DNA of 64,000 nt from Octopus sinensis (lineage: Eukaryota), in assembly GCF_006345805.1 (NCBI RefSeq), contig NC_043009.1, forward strand, positions 41,726,001 to 41,790,000. The letters are read 5' to 3'. The translations under genes were made by a program, and so were the position numbers. Below the pieces are notes generated by a model. That model was not told where the DNA came from. It was given only the letters and a program-made list of their open reading frames with translations, and did no database searches. Shown here one piece after another: positions 41,469 to 54,123 of the stretch (the stretch's first letter is position 1; each line of letters opens with the position of its first letter).

Positions 41469-41586
41469 TTAGGGCTAGGGTTAGGGGTTTAGGGTCAGGG
41501 TTAGGGTTTTAGGGTTAGGTTTAGGGTTTTAGGGTTAGGGTTAGTGTTAAGGTTTTAGGGTTAAGGTTAGGGTTTTAGGGTTAGGA
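41469..41586 (+). repeat. Interstitial telomere-like array (TTAGGG, TTTTAGGG and variants)
   Basis: tttagggctagggttaggggtttagggtcagggttagggttttagggttagg... Confidence 0.85.
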
Positions 41587-41685
41587 TTGTCGACCTCGGC
41601 AGAATTTGAACTCAGAACGTAAGACGGACGAAATGCCGCTAAACATTTTGTCCGGCATACTGACGATTCTGCCAGCTCGCTGCCT

Positions 41686-41728
<43 letters not shown>

Positions 41729-41765
41729 GCTGCTGCAGCTGCTTTTCCTCCTCCTCCTCCTCCTC

Positions 41766-41801
<36 letters not shown>

Positions 41802-41877
41802 ATAATAATAATAATGGCGGTGCCCCAGCATGGCCACAGCTCATAAGCTGAAACTAGAATCAATCAATCAATCAATC

Positions 41878-41918
<41 letters not shown>

Positions 41919-41984
41919 GAAGAGAAGAAGAAGAGAAGAGAAGAAGAAGAAGAAGAAGAAGAAAAAGAAAAAAAAGAAGAAGAA

Positions 41985-42543
41985 ATGCCCACATGCAGTA
42001 CCAGGGAGTGGCTCTCATGGATTTTGATCTTAACTGATTGAAAGTGTTATCATGTATATGATTTGTATTGATATCAAAAAATAGGCTACAGCAAACATTC
42101 TGCTCAGTACCGCAAATTTATTTGTTAGTTGTTTGACCTTAACAATTTTGAGCATGTCTTTTGGTAGCTGATGATATGTGCATCTCTGATCACGAGCAGA
42201 TATATTGGGTGGAGGAGCATCATGGCCAGGTGTTGAGAGGAATTCTTTGGGCTCTGAATAATTTGCTTCTGGATGTACCGGCCTTTCGTTCAACATTCTT
42301 AAACAACCCTTATTCAGGGACCTTTTGAGTGGGATGGGCTACTCGACGCGAAGAAAATTCTAACTGAGCCCCTCGGGTAAGTTTATGCGCTGTTTAACTT
42401 GTAATGAGATCACTATGTTGCGCACATATGGTTGTGATCCATGTGCCTGGTGTACTCTTATCAGACGGGTTTTCACGATAGATATTATGGGCTTCGTATA
42501 TTTTACCCGTATTACTTTGATGGCATGCACTGCTCTCTCACTT
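41985..42543 (-). mobile_element. ~550 bp non-coding interspersed repeat (family E), copy 1
   Basis: Reverse-complement homolog of 43105-43645; bounded by trinucleotide microsatellites; strand assignment arbitrary. Confidence 0.75.
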
Positions 42544-42557
42544 AATAATAATAATAA

Positions 42558-42604
<47 letters not shown>

Positions 42605-42842
42605 TAATAATAGTGATAATAATGATTTCATTTACGTGCCACCTGGGCGAACGATGCGGGAGCAATACAAAGACAGACATAAAATGTGAGGCCTTACATA
42701 TAATGAAATGATAAACTGATTAAATAAGTAACCCCCAAATTTTTTTACTTGTTTCTAACTTCAATAAATGAATAGAGGAATAAAACATTAAAAGAAATTA
42801 TTATTATTATTATTATTATTAATAATAATAATAATAATAATA

Positions 42843-42876
<34 letters not shown>

Positions 42877-43104
42877 TTTCATATTTTGGAAGAAGTCTAG
42901 TAATTTCGATAGGACAATTAGTCGATTGCATCAATCCCGAACTTTATTTTATCGAAATAAGAGAATAAAAGGCGAAATTGAACTCGATGAGTTTTGAACT
43001 TCTGCCAAGTTAAAGTGGCATATTTGTCGCAAGACATTTTATCTGTTGCTCTAACAATTTTGTCTATACACAGCTCTACTACTACTACTACTACTACTAC
43101 TGAA

Positions 43105-43645
43105 TGAGAGAGCAGTGCATGCCATCAAAGTGACATTGGAGTACAAATATACGAAGCCCAATATACCCATCATGACAAACCGTCCGATAAGGGTATAGCA
43201 GGCACATGCATCATAACCATTATGCGCGCCATGGTGATCTCATATCAAGATAAACAGCGCATGATCTTGTAGGTGGGGCCCAGCTAGAATTTTCTTCAGC
43301 ACGATTAGCCTATTCCACTCAAAGGTCCCTCAATAAGGGTTGTTTGAGGTTGTTGAACAAAAGTTCCCATGCTTTCAGAGGTGAATTATTCTAATCCCAA
43401 AGAATTTCTCTCAGCACTTGGCTATGATGCCTCTTCACTGACTACTTCTGCTGGTGATCAGAGATGTACATATCAGCTGCCAGGAGACATGCTCAAATCA
43501 TTATGGTCAAACAACTAACAAGCAAATCTGTGGTATTGAGCAGAATATTTGTTGTAGCCCATCTTTTATACCAAGACAAAGCAGCTACAGAAAAGCACTT
43601 CTAATCATTTGAGATCAGAAACCATGAGAGCGACTGCTTGAGTAC
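43105..43645 (+). mobile_element. Family E copy 2, inverted relative to copy 1
   Basis: tgagagagcagtgcatgccatcaaagt...ccatgagag..agtac is colinear with the reverse complement of 41985-42543. Confidence 0.75.
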
Positions 43646-43711
43646 CAGTGAAACACTGGGATCGATGTAATGGACTTATTTGTAATGGACTTTAATGGAA
43701 AAATTTGACAC

Positions 43712-43767
<56 letters not shown>

Positions 43768-43768
<1 letters not shown>

Positions 43769-43898
43769 ATGTTTGACTTTTGCTTTATATTTGTACAAGT
43801 TGGCTCTAAGTCTCTCCCAGAGAACACAAGAGACAACAGGTTGGAAGTTCACGTTGTTGTTATGCCTAGTGTGCCATATATTTGGTTGTTTTTTTGTG

Positions 43899-43900
<2 letters not shown>
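43768..43900 (-). mobile_element. Possible 3' UTR of a (TAA)n-targeting LINE
   Basis: Short unique segment embedded in a (TTA)n tract, ending ..aaagcaaaagtcaaacatg(taa)n on the minus strand; no coding part retained. Confidence 0.4.
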
Positions 43901-43975
<75 letters not shown>

Positions 43976-44234
43976 GTTATTATTATTATTTCTTTCATCA
44001 CAGGTTTTGTTGGAACTCCTGGAGTTTTGCATGAGTAGCGGGTTTGCTAGTCCCCTACCCACAAATCTGAGGCTTTCTGCCTCCAGTAGAAAGGATTATT
44101 ATTATTATTAAGGCAGAATCGCTTGCATGCTGGACGAAATGCTTACCGGTATTTCGCCCATCAGTGCGAGCGATTCTGCCTTAATGATAATGATCATTGG
44201 CCATCGAACGTTGAATAAAATTTAGCTGATAATA

Positions 44235-45521
44235 TTGGGCTATCTCATAAATAATGCGGTTTTGTCAATTGTATGAACTAAAAGTATGAGGGGGACAGGA
44301 TAAACTACCTGCGTCAACTTGCCATAAAAGCAGGTAGTAAATCTGCCTTGTACTCATTCTTAGTGCAAGTTTTGAAGAGTGCAGTTCGATTGTTAAAGTT
44401 ATTTTTTTCAATGCTATAATTGAAATGACAAAGGTGCATATTCGGCATATTTTGCTTTATGAGTTCAATAAAGGCAACAACGCAACGGAAAGTGTGAAGA
44501 ATATTAATGAAGTATATGGGGATCGGACACTAAGCGCAAGCCAGTGTCAATGGTGGTTCCAGAAAGTCGAACCGGAAACTACAGCCTATAGGACTAGCCT
44601 CGTCCAGGAATATCTGTAGAGCTCGACGAGGAGTCCTGCAAACCCTGGTGGAACAAAATCTCATCGTAACTATTGAGGACCTAGCAGAGAAGCTTGGATT
44701 TGGTCATTCAACCATTTACTTGAGTGCCATCGGAAAAGACAACAAATTTGATCAATGAGCAAATTTGATCAAACTTGCCGAGTTTAATTACGTGCAGAGA
44801 GTAAATGGGTGTTCGTATTGGCTGTCACGTCTCACGAATGGATCTTTTATGGACCGAATAGTGACTGGTGACGAGAAATGGGCTCTCTATAAAAATGTCA
44901 AAGCACCGAAAACAGTGGTCATGGAAAGGAGAAACACCGGCACCCCAGGCTAAAGAAGGTCTGCACCCACGTAAGGTGTTGTTATCTGTTTGGTGGGATA
45001 TGAAAGACTTAGTCCACTTTGAACTTTTATACCCAAACCAAACGATGACAAAGTAGACCTGCTGCGAGCATCTTGAGCGGTTTAAGTCAGCGTTAGAGGT
45101 AAAACGACCATGTTAGGTTTCAAGACGAAAAGTGTTCTTCCATCAGGATAATGCTCAGCCACATACAGCGAGGATGACATTCCGAAGGCTGGAACAGTTT
45201 GAATGGGAAACGATGCCCCACCCATCATATTCGCCGGACATTGTCCCATCTGATTATCATTTATTTATTCCACAGTCTTCAAAATCATTTGGGCGGGAAA
45301 AATATGAATTCCTTAGTCGAGGTGAGAACAGTACTGGAGGAGTATTTTTCGTGACGGATAAGTGAATTTCGGAAGATAGGACTTGCAAATCTACCAGTTA
45401 GAGGGAAGAACATTGTAGAAAATGAAAGAGAATATATTTTATATTAAAAAAGAGCTTTATCTTAATTTTGAAAAATAAAGTAAGTATGAAAAAAAACTGC
45501 ATTATTTATGGGATGATTCAA
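44235..45521 (+). mobile_element. Near full-length decayed mariner (DD34D) transposon, ~1.29 kb
   Basis: TIRs ttgggctatctcataaataatgcggtttt / aaaactgcattatttatgggatgattcaa, with TA TSDs at 44233-44234 and 45522-45523. Confidence 0.95.
44425..45447 (+). pseudogene. Mariner transposase pseudogene (multiple frameshifts and stops)
   Basis: HIRHILLYEFNKG, IVTGDEKW, LHPRKVLLSVWWD, FHQDNAQPH and HPSYSPDIVPSDYHLF motifs split across ORFs 44425, 44765, 44868 and 45132. Confidence 0.95.
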
Positions 45522-46151
45522 TACTCGTCACCTTAGACATTTCTCAATTGTACGTTTTTTTAGACAAGTCGTTGACCTCTTCTCATCAAAACCCATCTAA
45601 ACCAATATTTTAGAACATTTGCCTAGTGAATAATAAGAAAGCCCCAGTTTAGTTCTCACCAGGGAGATAATGACTAAAGGTATCTCAGTTTATATATATA
45701 TATATATATATATCTGCTATTTAAACAGTATAGCTGAAGACCCCCAGAATTCAGCGTTTCTTCCTCTTTACAAAATGTATTAGGTATTATTTGACAAAGA
45801 TTTTACTCTGGTCTACTGTAATTGGACACAGAGAAGCTTCCGTGTTGGCAGGTGTGAGTCGTTAGAAACGGTTACACTTCGGATTATAGACGTTTAACTA
45901 TTAAATAAAATGAAAGATTTTCGTTTAGCTTCAAAATAATGAAACCAGTCCCACTGAGGTGAGCTATGGACATCATACAGCACGACGTTCTTTGATGAAA
46001 TACGTAACTGCCATATACTACAGAAGGGTTGTTCATTCCATTGATTGTATATAACCCTAGTTAAATAAATAAATAAATATTTTTTAGAAAACAGTTTTCT
46101 AAAAAAACTGAATTTTTATATGAGAGAATCTATATCCATATTATTACATAC

Positions 46152-46215
<64 letters not shown>

Positions 46216-46382
46216 TCATTGCTGCTACTGCCATTTCAGCCACTGACCATTACCTTAGTTCTATTCGAACACATAAGACAGCTATTATGCTTACTCCCCA
46301 CAAAAACCACCACGTGGATTCTGTTGAGACCAGTAAGAAACAATTATGAACTTTTTTTTTATTATACTTAACTTTTTAAAAT

Positions 46383-46430
46383 ATTTTTGATGAGGTCCGT
46401 TTTTTCAAGAAGAACCGAAACATGTAAAAT
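46383..46430 (+). ncRNA. Hammerhead-like motif (U3) in a ~275 bp element (46213-46487) flanked by (TA)n
   Basis: attt-TTGATGA-ggtcc..gaacc-GAA-ACATGT-A-aaat: palindromic ACAUGU stem III, GUA site, 4-bp stem I. Confidence 0.6.
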
Positions 46431-46493
46431 TTCTAAGAAAATTAAAATTTATCTTATATAGTAGCGTTTTCAAACTAGTTTTTTATAAATATA

Positions 46494-46626
<133 letters not shown>

Positions 46627-47656
46627 GTGTGTGTGTGTGTATGTATGTATATACTTACACATACGCACGCACGAACACATACAGACTTATTATACTATAA
46701 GTTAGAACAAAAGAAGAAAATAAACGTGGGCAAAATGATGGAATAAATGTAGTATGCTCAATTTATATCAGTTACTTCTTATTTTCTCTTAGATTATTCC
46801 GCATTACACAACAAACAACAGAGAAGACGCTAAGATCTTTCATTTCTCCTTTATTCCTCTCCATTTTTTTCCTGTTTTTATTTATCCAGGTACAGAGTGA
46901 ATTATAATACAGAATTAAAAAGAAAAATAACCAACAAAAGATAACGAAACAGAAAAATATATAAGGTCGGTGTTTGAAATAAAAAGGCGGTATCAATTGT
47001 GTTGCTTAGGGACATCCAGAGAGTCAGAGGTGAAGGGAGAGAAATCATCAGTGTTGGCCAAAAGGGAGACAGCGTTTTGAATGTAAATGATTTTATGTGT
47101 CAGCAAAATGTCAATGTCGCCGCAAGGAAAAGACAATAAGAAAGAATGAAAAAAGATATATATATATGGGAGAGCAAAAATGCAGAAAAAAATATGGAAA
47201 TTGCAATAACACAGCTGTGACAAGAACTGAAGGATATAAATATACAGGTTGAATAGAATGAACAGATACAAACAACAACATAAACGACAGCAAAAACAAC
47301 AGCATGAACAAATAGGAAAAAATTGAGGACTGTAAGACGTTACTTGACTGAAATGAAGCAATCTTGTAGAAGTTGTGTAGATGTGAGGCGATGGGGATGG
47401 GGTAATATTTAACAAATATATATATATGTGTATGTGTATGAATATATATGTGTATATGTATATATGTATGTTATAGATATATATATATATGTAGTATATA
47501 GCGAAAGTTTGTAAAAATGTTTAGCGAAATGAAAATGAATTTTTACTGAGTATGCATTTTTAAAAAATTAATTTTTGTCATTTGAAAAAGAATAAATAAA
47601 AGAAGGAAAATATAAATGCAGAAAGAACTGATTGAAAAATAGACTATATATATATA

Positions 47657-47702
<46 letters not shown>

Positions 47703-47882
47703 AGGGAGACAAAGATGTATATATATATGCATACATATAGAGGTTTGTATAAACTAGCTTATATATAGTATAAATGTGTGTACATGTGTTGGCCAAATTT
47801 GTATACATGTGTGTATGTAGCTATATATATATACACGTGTGTGTGTGTACCACGTATGTGTACACACGTGCAGACATGTACG

Positions 47883-47918
<36 letters not shown>

Positions 47919-49091
47919 TTCACATGTATACATATATGTAGGTATGTATGTATATATATATATATATACAAGCTTTCATAGATACCTACCTACCTACGTA
48001 ACGACCTACCTACCTGCCTATCTACCTACCTACATACATACATACATACATACATACATACATACATACATGATATATATATCAGGAGAGTAATTCATGT
48101 TTTCCTTCTTTCTGACGTAAATTAGATGGACTGGAAAGTACGAAAGAAATTAAAAAGAAAATAATGAAATTGGAAAAATAAATATTTCGTTCAGTTAAGA
48201 ATAAAATTGCGTTCAATTTCGGAATTTTGGAGTAAAATTTTCACCAAACATTATACTTATACAAACAGACTTATGTATATATATTTGTGTGTGCATATCC
48301 CTATATGTACGCACGAAATTGTGCATGCGCGCGTGCGCATGTTTATAAATATATACGTGTTGTGGTGTATATGTGTGTATCATTGTATATCTCTTACTTC
48401 TTTGAAGTTCTCCGGTAAATTATCGACTAGTTTGTATAAACAAAACAGTATTATGAATATTCATTCATTTTTTTTAAAATGTTCTCGAAAATTTTGAAAT
48501 TCAGTGGAATTATACTTGTTTTTTTTTTCTTTTGCTATTCCGAACACAAACTGTATTCGAAGAATACTAGGTACATAGAAACTTACAATGTTTGCTTTTA
48601 CGCAAGCACGTAGCTTCATATTGCAATAACACCAATAACAATATAGTGTATTACAATACACCATATTGTTGTATTGTTTATTGGCACAAATGTAAATTTA
48701 TATGATGCTTAGATAGATTATACATTTTGAAGCAGTGTCCATAAATCTCGTCTATTTTCCTTAAAACCCCTAATTTAGGTTCCAATTTCAGTGCCAAATA
48801 TTACTTAAACCGCAGAAATAAATGTGACAACATTTATAGGATGGTGTTACAGCTAATCATAGGGTCATAACCTGGGTCTGTTAGGATACTATTTGGATAA
48901 ATGGCAGAAGTTATAAAGAGACGAGCTTTATACGAGCTTTAAGATGCTCATTCGACAACCAATTCAACTGATTCCCTTACAATGAACAAAGAAGCAGGTT
49001 CTCTGTGACTTCAACACTACACCTGTCATTTTCGCCATCATGTTTTCGGTGTTCCACGTATCTGTCCCTTGACTAAACATTTTGTCCAGTT

Positions 49092-49162
49092 CACTTTCAG
49101 TGCATGAATTTCTACTCCCTCGATATAGTCCACACTTTCAGTGCATGAATTTCTACTCCCTC
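49092..49162. repeat. 30-bp perfect direct duplication with 11-nt spacer
   Basis: cactttcagtgcatgaatttctactccctc at 49092-49121 and 49133-49162. Confidence 0.85.
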
Positions 49163-49337
49163 TATTTCAACATGTGTGTAGTACAGAAGTGATGATTTGA
49201 AGTGGTTCGACGATTTAGCGTCTACTTTCAGCATATAGGCATGGTCTCTTCTATGCCCTTAATTATAATTGTATTATAATTGTATTTTATACTAGCAAAA
49301 ATAAATCTCTGAGCGAGGTATAAACAGTAGCTGCAAC

Positions 49338-49489
49338 ACATTGTGAAGTATATTTGCCATTTAAATATGGCTAAACCCTAAGGGAGGATGCTACTGTAGC
49401 TTGTAGCCCCAGGAAGGGGCTTGTATGTATATTTAAATCTATATTGTAAATTGTATGTATATTTAAATGGCAAATATACTTCACAATGT
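49338..49489. mobile_element. Small MITE-like element with 31-bp perfect inverted repeats
   Basis: acattgtgaagtatatttgccatttaaatat (49338-49368) and its reverse complement at 49459-49489. Confidence 0.7.
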
Positions 49490-49654
49490 ATTTTATACTA
49501 TATTATAAATATGTCTGTCTGTCTGAGAGAGAGAAAGAAAGAGAGAGAAAGACAGAGAGAAAGAAAGAGAGAGAGAGAGTGAGAGGGAGCTAGTCGGAGA
49601 GATTAAAACCTACTAACACCCGACACCTACAATCGATAATAAGTAAAAAAGGAT

Positions 49655-49899
49655 AAAGATCCTTCCTGAGTAACGTAAACTCACAGGGCCGGTTTCCCGG
49701 TTTCCGTAACATGTATATTCCCCACCTGGAAAAGTCTCTGGTCCATTGCAGAATTACTCATTTTTGCCACCTGAGTGGACTGGAGCAATGTGAAATGAAG
49801 TATTTCGCTCAAGAGCACAATGCATCGCTCGGATCAGGAATCGAAACCACAATATTACGATCATAATTCCAAACAGCCTTACCACTAAGCCACGCGTCT
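49655..49899 (-). mobile_element. SINE family D (tRNA head, different core, C2-type tail)
   Basis: Minus strand: gtggcttagtggtaagg..gtttcgattcc head, cttgagcgaaatacttcatttcac..gtccactcag core, gaaaccgggaaaccggccc tail; partial plus copy at ~54428-54570. Confidence 0.8.
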
Positions 49900-50296
49900 C
49901 TTATGCTTGATACACAAATTAACATTTAACCTGACACCAGCAAACAGGTTTTCTCTCCACATGGTATCAGTTATCGATGAAATATGATATCAATAGAGAA
50001 GGCTAAGAGACGCCAACAATTTCTCTGCTCTAACTACATACATGGGTCATATCATGAAAGAACTGATGTCGCAAGATAGTTAAAGAGTCATATGACTTGA
50101 TGTCATTAACAGTGGTCTAAATAGTCTTTCCTATAATTACTTTCGAAATTTCTTTTACATTTTCGCTACTTTGACACCGTAGATCCGAAGAAACGAACAT
50201 GTTCTGCACCCACTAAACTTTTAAGAAGAGAGAAACTACGTTACCCTGTTAGTAGATATATCTGTATGTATGAATGATATGTATACCATATACATG

Positions 50297-50443
50297 AGTG
50301 GCTGTGTGGTAAGAAGCTTGCTTCCCAACCTCAAGGTTCTGGGTTCAGTCCCACTGCGTGGTACATTGGGCGACTGTCTTCTACTATAGCCGACCAAAGT
50401 CTTGTGAGTGGATTTGGTAGACGGAAACTGAAAGAAGCCCGTC

Positions 50444-50483
<40 letters not shown>

Positions 50484-50643
50484 GTGTGTGTGCATGTATG
50501 CATGCATGTATTTGTGTGTCTATGTTTGTGCCCCCACCATCGATGACACCGATGCTGGTGTGTTTACGTGCCTATAACTTAGCGGTTCAGCATTAGAGAA
50601 CCGATACAATAAGTACTAGGCTTAGAGAGAATAAGTCCTAGGT
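50297..50643 (+). mobile_element. SINE A, 3'-truncated
   Basis: gagtggctgtgtggtaagaagc...aagtactaggctt. Confidence 0.85.
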
Positions 50644-50763
50644 CAATTCTACATACTTGAGTTAAATCAGTCAACATTATCCAATATTCTTCATCTCATT
50701 TTTTAAAGCGGTACTGCGTAGTTTCAAATACGCTGCCATTTCTAAATGGCCAAAGATTCACGC

Positions 50764-51039
50764 GTTGGGGCTCATGGCCTAGTGGTTAGAGTAGCGGACT
50801 CACTGTCGAGGGATCGCGGGTACGAGTCTCAGACCGGACGATATGTGTTTATGAGCGCTTCGGCAGAAGGTAATGGCGAACTTCTGCTGATATTTTCGCC
50901 ACAACTTTCTCTCATTCTTTCTTCCTGCATCTTGCAGCTCACCTGCGACGGACCGGCGTCCCGTCCAGGTGGGGAACCTATACGCCAAGGAAACCGGGAA
51001 ACCGGTCAATTAGCCAGGCATGGCACCAGAAGGAATAAA
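50764..51039 (+). mobile_element. SINE family C2
   Basis: Homolog of 9974-10274 with an internal deletion; 13-bp TSD caaagattcacgc at 50751-50763 and 51040-51052. Confidence 0.9.
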
Positions 51040-51455
51040 CAAAGATTCACGCAGAGACTGCTTCCATTGTTTTTTACTTGTTTTTAGTATTATATCTTAG
51101 AAATTGGTGCATCTAGATATATGATGGACGATTTCTATTTTAAAATCTCATTCAGATATTGATAAAAATAAATAAATGAAACAATTTGAATTGGCATTAA
51201 AACAAAACGTTCTGGCTAAAAAAAAATTATCATAAAAGCTAGATAAAATCCTAATAAACTAGTAGTGTACAATATCACATACTTACTGTTAATGCAATAC
51301 TTAATCACGGAGGCCATTAATAGTATTAAATGCAAAGACGAGAAAAAGTCAACATACCTTCATTAAAAAACATGACTAATGCTTAGTTGGTACAAGACTT
51401 TAAATAATGAGTTGGCTTGCACACACCGCTTTACATTAGCATATATAAATATATA

Positions 51456-51487
<32 letters not shown>

Positions 51488-51585
51488 CACACAAACACAA
51501 GCATACTTTTCTATCTATCTTTCTTTCTCTGTTTCTCCGCCTGTCTCTGTCTGTCTATCTGTCTCTCTATATTTACATACATACT

Positions 51586-51661
<76 letters not shown>

Positions 51662-52029
51662 TACATACATGCATACATGCATATATTTGAAATTGTTCCC
51701 TTATCTGTGATATCTCTACATTTACAATTAAACATATTTCTCCATTTCCCTATCTTTTTGCCTTACTTATCTACCAACCTTATACACTTTCCTTTCTTTT
51801 TCACATACGATCCCACCTCTACATGTGTGTGAGCTTGTGTGTGTGCGTGTGTGCGTGTGAGCGAGAGAGAGAAAGGGAGAGAGAGAAGGAGAGAGAGAGT
51901 CTGAGTAATCTAATTATTTGTTTAACTTTGGCTAATCTCACATTGATATATCACAGATTCCAGATTAGATTAGTGAAAAATATTTTGCACTAATAAAGAC
52001 GTGGAATATAGGTATACGTATGCATATGC

Positions 52030-52083
<54 letters not shown>

Positions 52084-52117
52084 TATATATATGCATATTT
52101 ATGTAATATATATATAT

Positions 52118-52175
<58 letters not shown>

Positions 52176-53000
52176 TATATATGCATATGTATATATGTAT
52201 ATATATATGTATATATACACATATATGCATGCATATATGCTTGCATATATACAAGCACATATGCATACATACATACATACATACATACATACATACATAC
52301 ATACATTCTGCCGCTAAGTTAAATAATGTAAAAAGAAACCGTAGCAACACACGACGAATTATATTTGACCTTAAAGTAATACATTAATATTTTAAACTAT
52401 TAGCTTCAATGAAAACTTTTGGTAAATTTTATTATTATTATGATATACGTTTATTGACAAACATATAAAAATTGTATTCTGGGAAATAAACATCAATTTC
52501 TTTTTATTTGTTTTCTCTTCATCCCTGTCACCATACATATTGGTTTTCTTTCGAATAGGAAGGTTAATATTTTGCAGTTGTTTTTGCTTATCCATTAGCA
52601 AGAATGATGACAATATTTTTACCGACTTACGTAACATTCTGACACTGTATTCATTAATAGCAATTTGAGTAGAAATAACTCGTTAAATCGGTTGTATTTG
52701 CGTACGCAAGTGATGCATAATCTTCGTTTTTAAAGACCTGAAGTTTTAACTAATTGCGGTTGCAATATCCCTTCTACTGTTGTTTGTAATTAGTATGTTG
52801 TCTCTACCCCATTCTCCTTCTCAACATATATATATACATACATCCATACATATATACATACATACAGACACACACACATATATATATATATCTGTATATA
52901 CACATCATATCTACATAATATACAAATGCACACACACACTCACGCATATGTAAGTATAGGTGTCTGTATATCCATTTTCCGATCTATCTATCGCTCTATC

Positions 53001-53039
<39 letters not shown>

Positions 53040-53052
<13 letters not shown>

Positions 53053-53171
53053 CGCCCTTCTCTTTATTTCTTTCTCTCTCTCTCTCTCCACACACACAGA
53101 TATATATACACATAAATAAATATATATACACACATATATATACACACACATATATATACATATATGTATAC

Positions 53172-53204
<33 letters not shown>

Positions 53205-53230
53205 CATATATATATGTATATATATATATG

Positions 53231-53285
<55 letters not shown>

Positions 53286-53316
53286 GTATATACATACATG
53301 TATGTATATATATATG

Positions 53317-53376
<60 letters not shown>

Positions 53377-53410
53377 CATTTATTTATATATATATATTTG
53401 TATGTATGTA
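53040..53410. repeat. Compound (TA)n microsatellite (similar tracts at 14600-14900, 21380-21660, 25800-26040, 31880-32250, 40230-40600, 52020-52300)
   Basis: Direct reading. Confidence 0.9.
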
Positions 53411-53893
53411 TAATAGAACAATGGGATGGGCAGACAAGCAGAAACTGTCTGATCAGAGAACTGTACGAAATATCCATCTATTCCCGAAACAAGTCTAAAG
53501 CTCAATCAATAAATCTTTTCTTACTCTTTTTCATTTACAACGTTTCACCTTCGCTCTACCTACCAAAGTCTGTCGTATCAACATTATGGAGGTTACTGTT
53601 CACCTCTTTCAGGCGTCTACCTGCGCCATCGCAACTAATATGAACATCCCATAGTGGAAATTTTACTCGTCTCCTGTGATTTATACTCCTTTTTGTAAAT
53701 ATAAATACCTCATAATCTGACCCGATGTCTATTGTTTTCTTGTCCATCCTTTTGTTCCAGTATACAGGCATCAACTTCATCAATACGTTGCCCATAGCCA
53801 TTTTTCCATTAGGTAGCTACCACATCCCTGCGTTTAAAGTTGAGGTTTAAGCACGAATTCGGCATGAGAACAATCACATTGTACCGGTGTCTG

Positions 53894-54123
53894 TTTCTTT
53901 ACTACCCACAAGGGGCTAAACATAGAGGTGTCAAACAAGGACAGACAAACGGATTAAGTCGGTTACATGGACCCCAGTGTGTAACTGGTACTTAATTTAT
54001 CGACCCCGAAAGGATGAAAGGCAAAGTCGACCTCGGCGGAATTTGAACTCAGAACGTAACGGCAGACGAAATACGGCTACACCTTTCGCCCGGCGTGCTA
54101 ACGGTTCTGCCAGCTCGCCGCCT
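53894..54123 (-). mobile_element. SINE family B, full length
   Basis: Close match to other B copies; 15-bp TSD tcacattgtaccggt on both flanks. Confidence 0.92.

Noticed and set aside
53556-53801. 81-aa non-repetitive minus-strand ORF
   Set aside because: No recognisable motif or splice context; possibly an old LINE remnant but not supportable.
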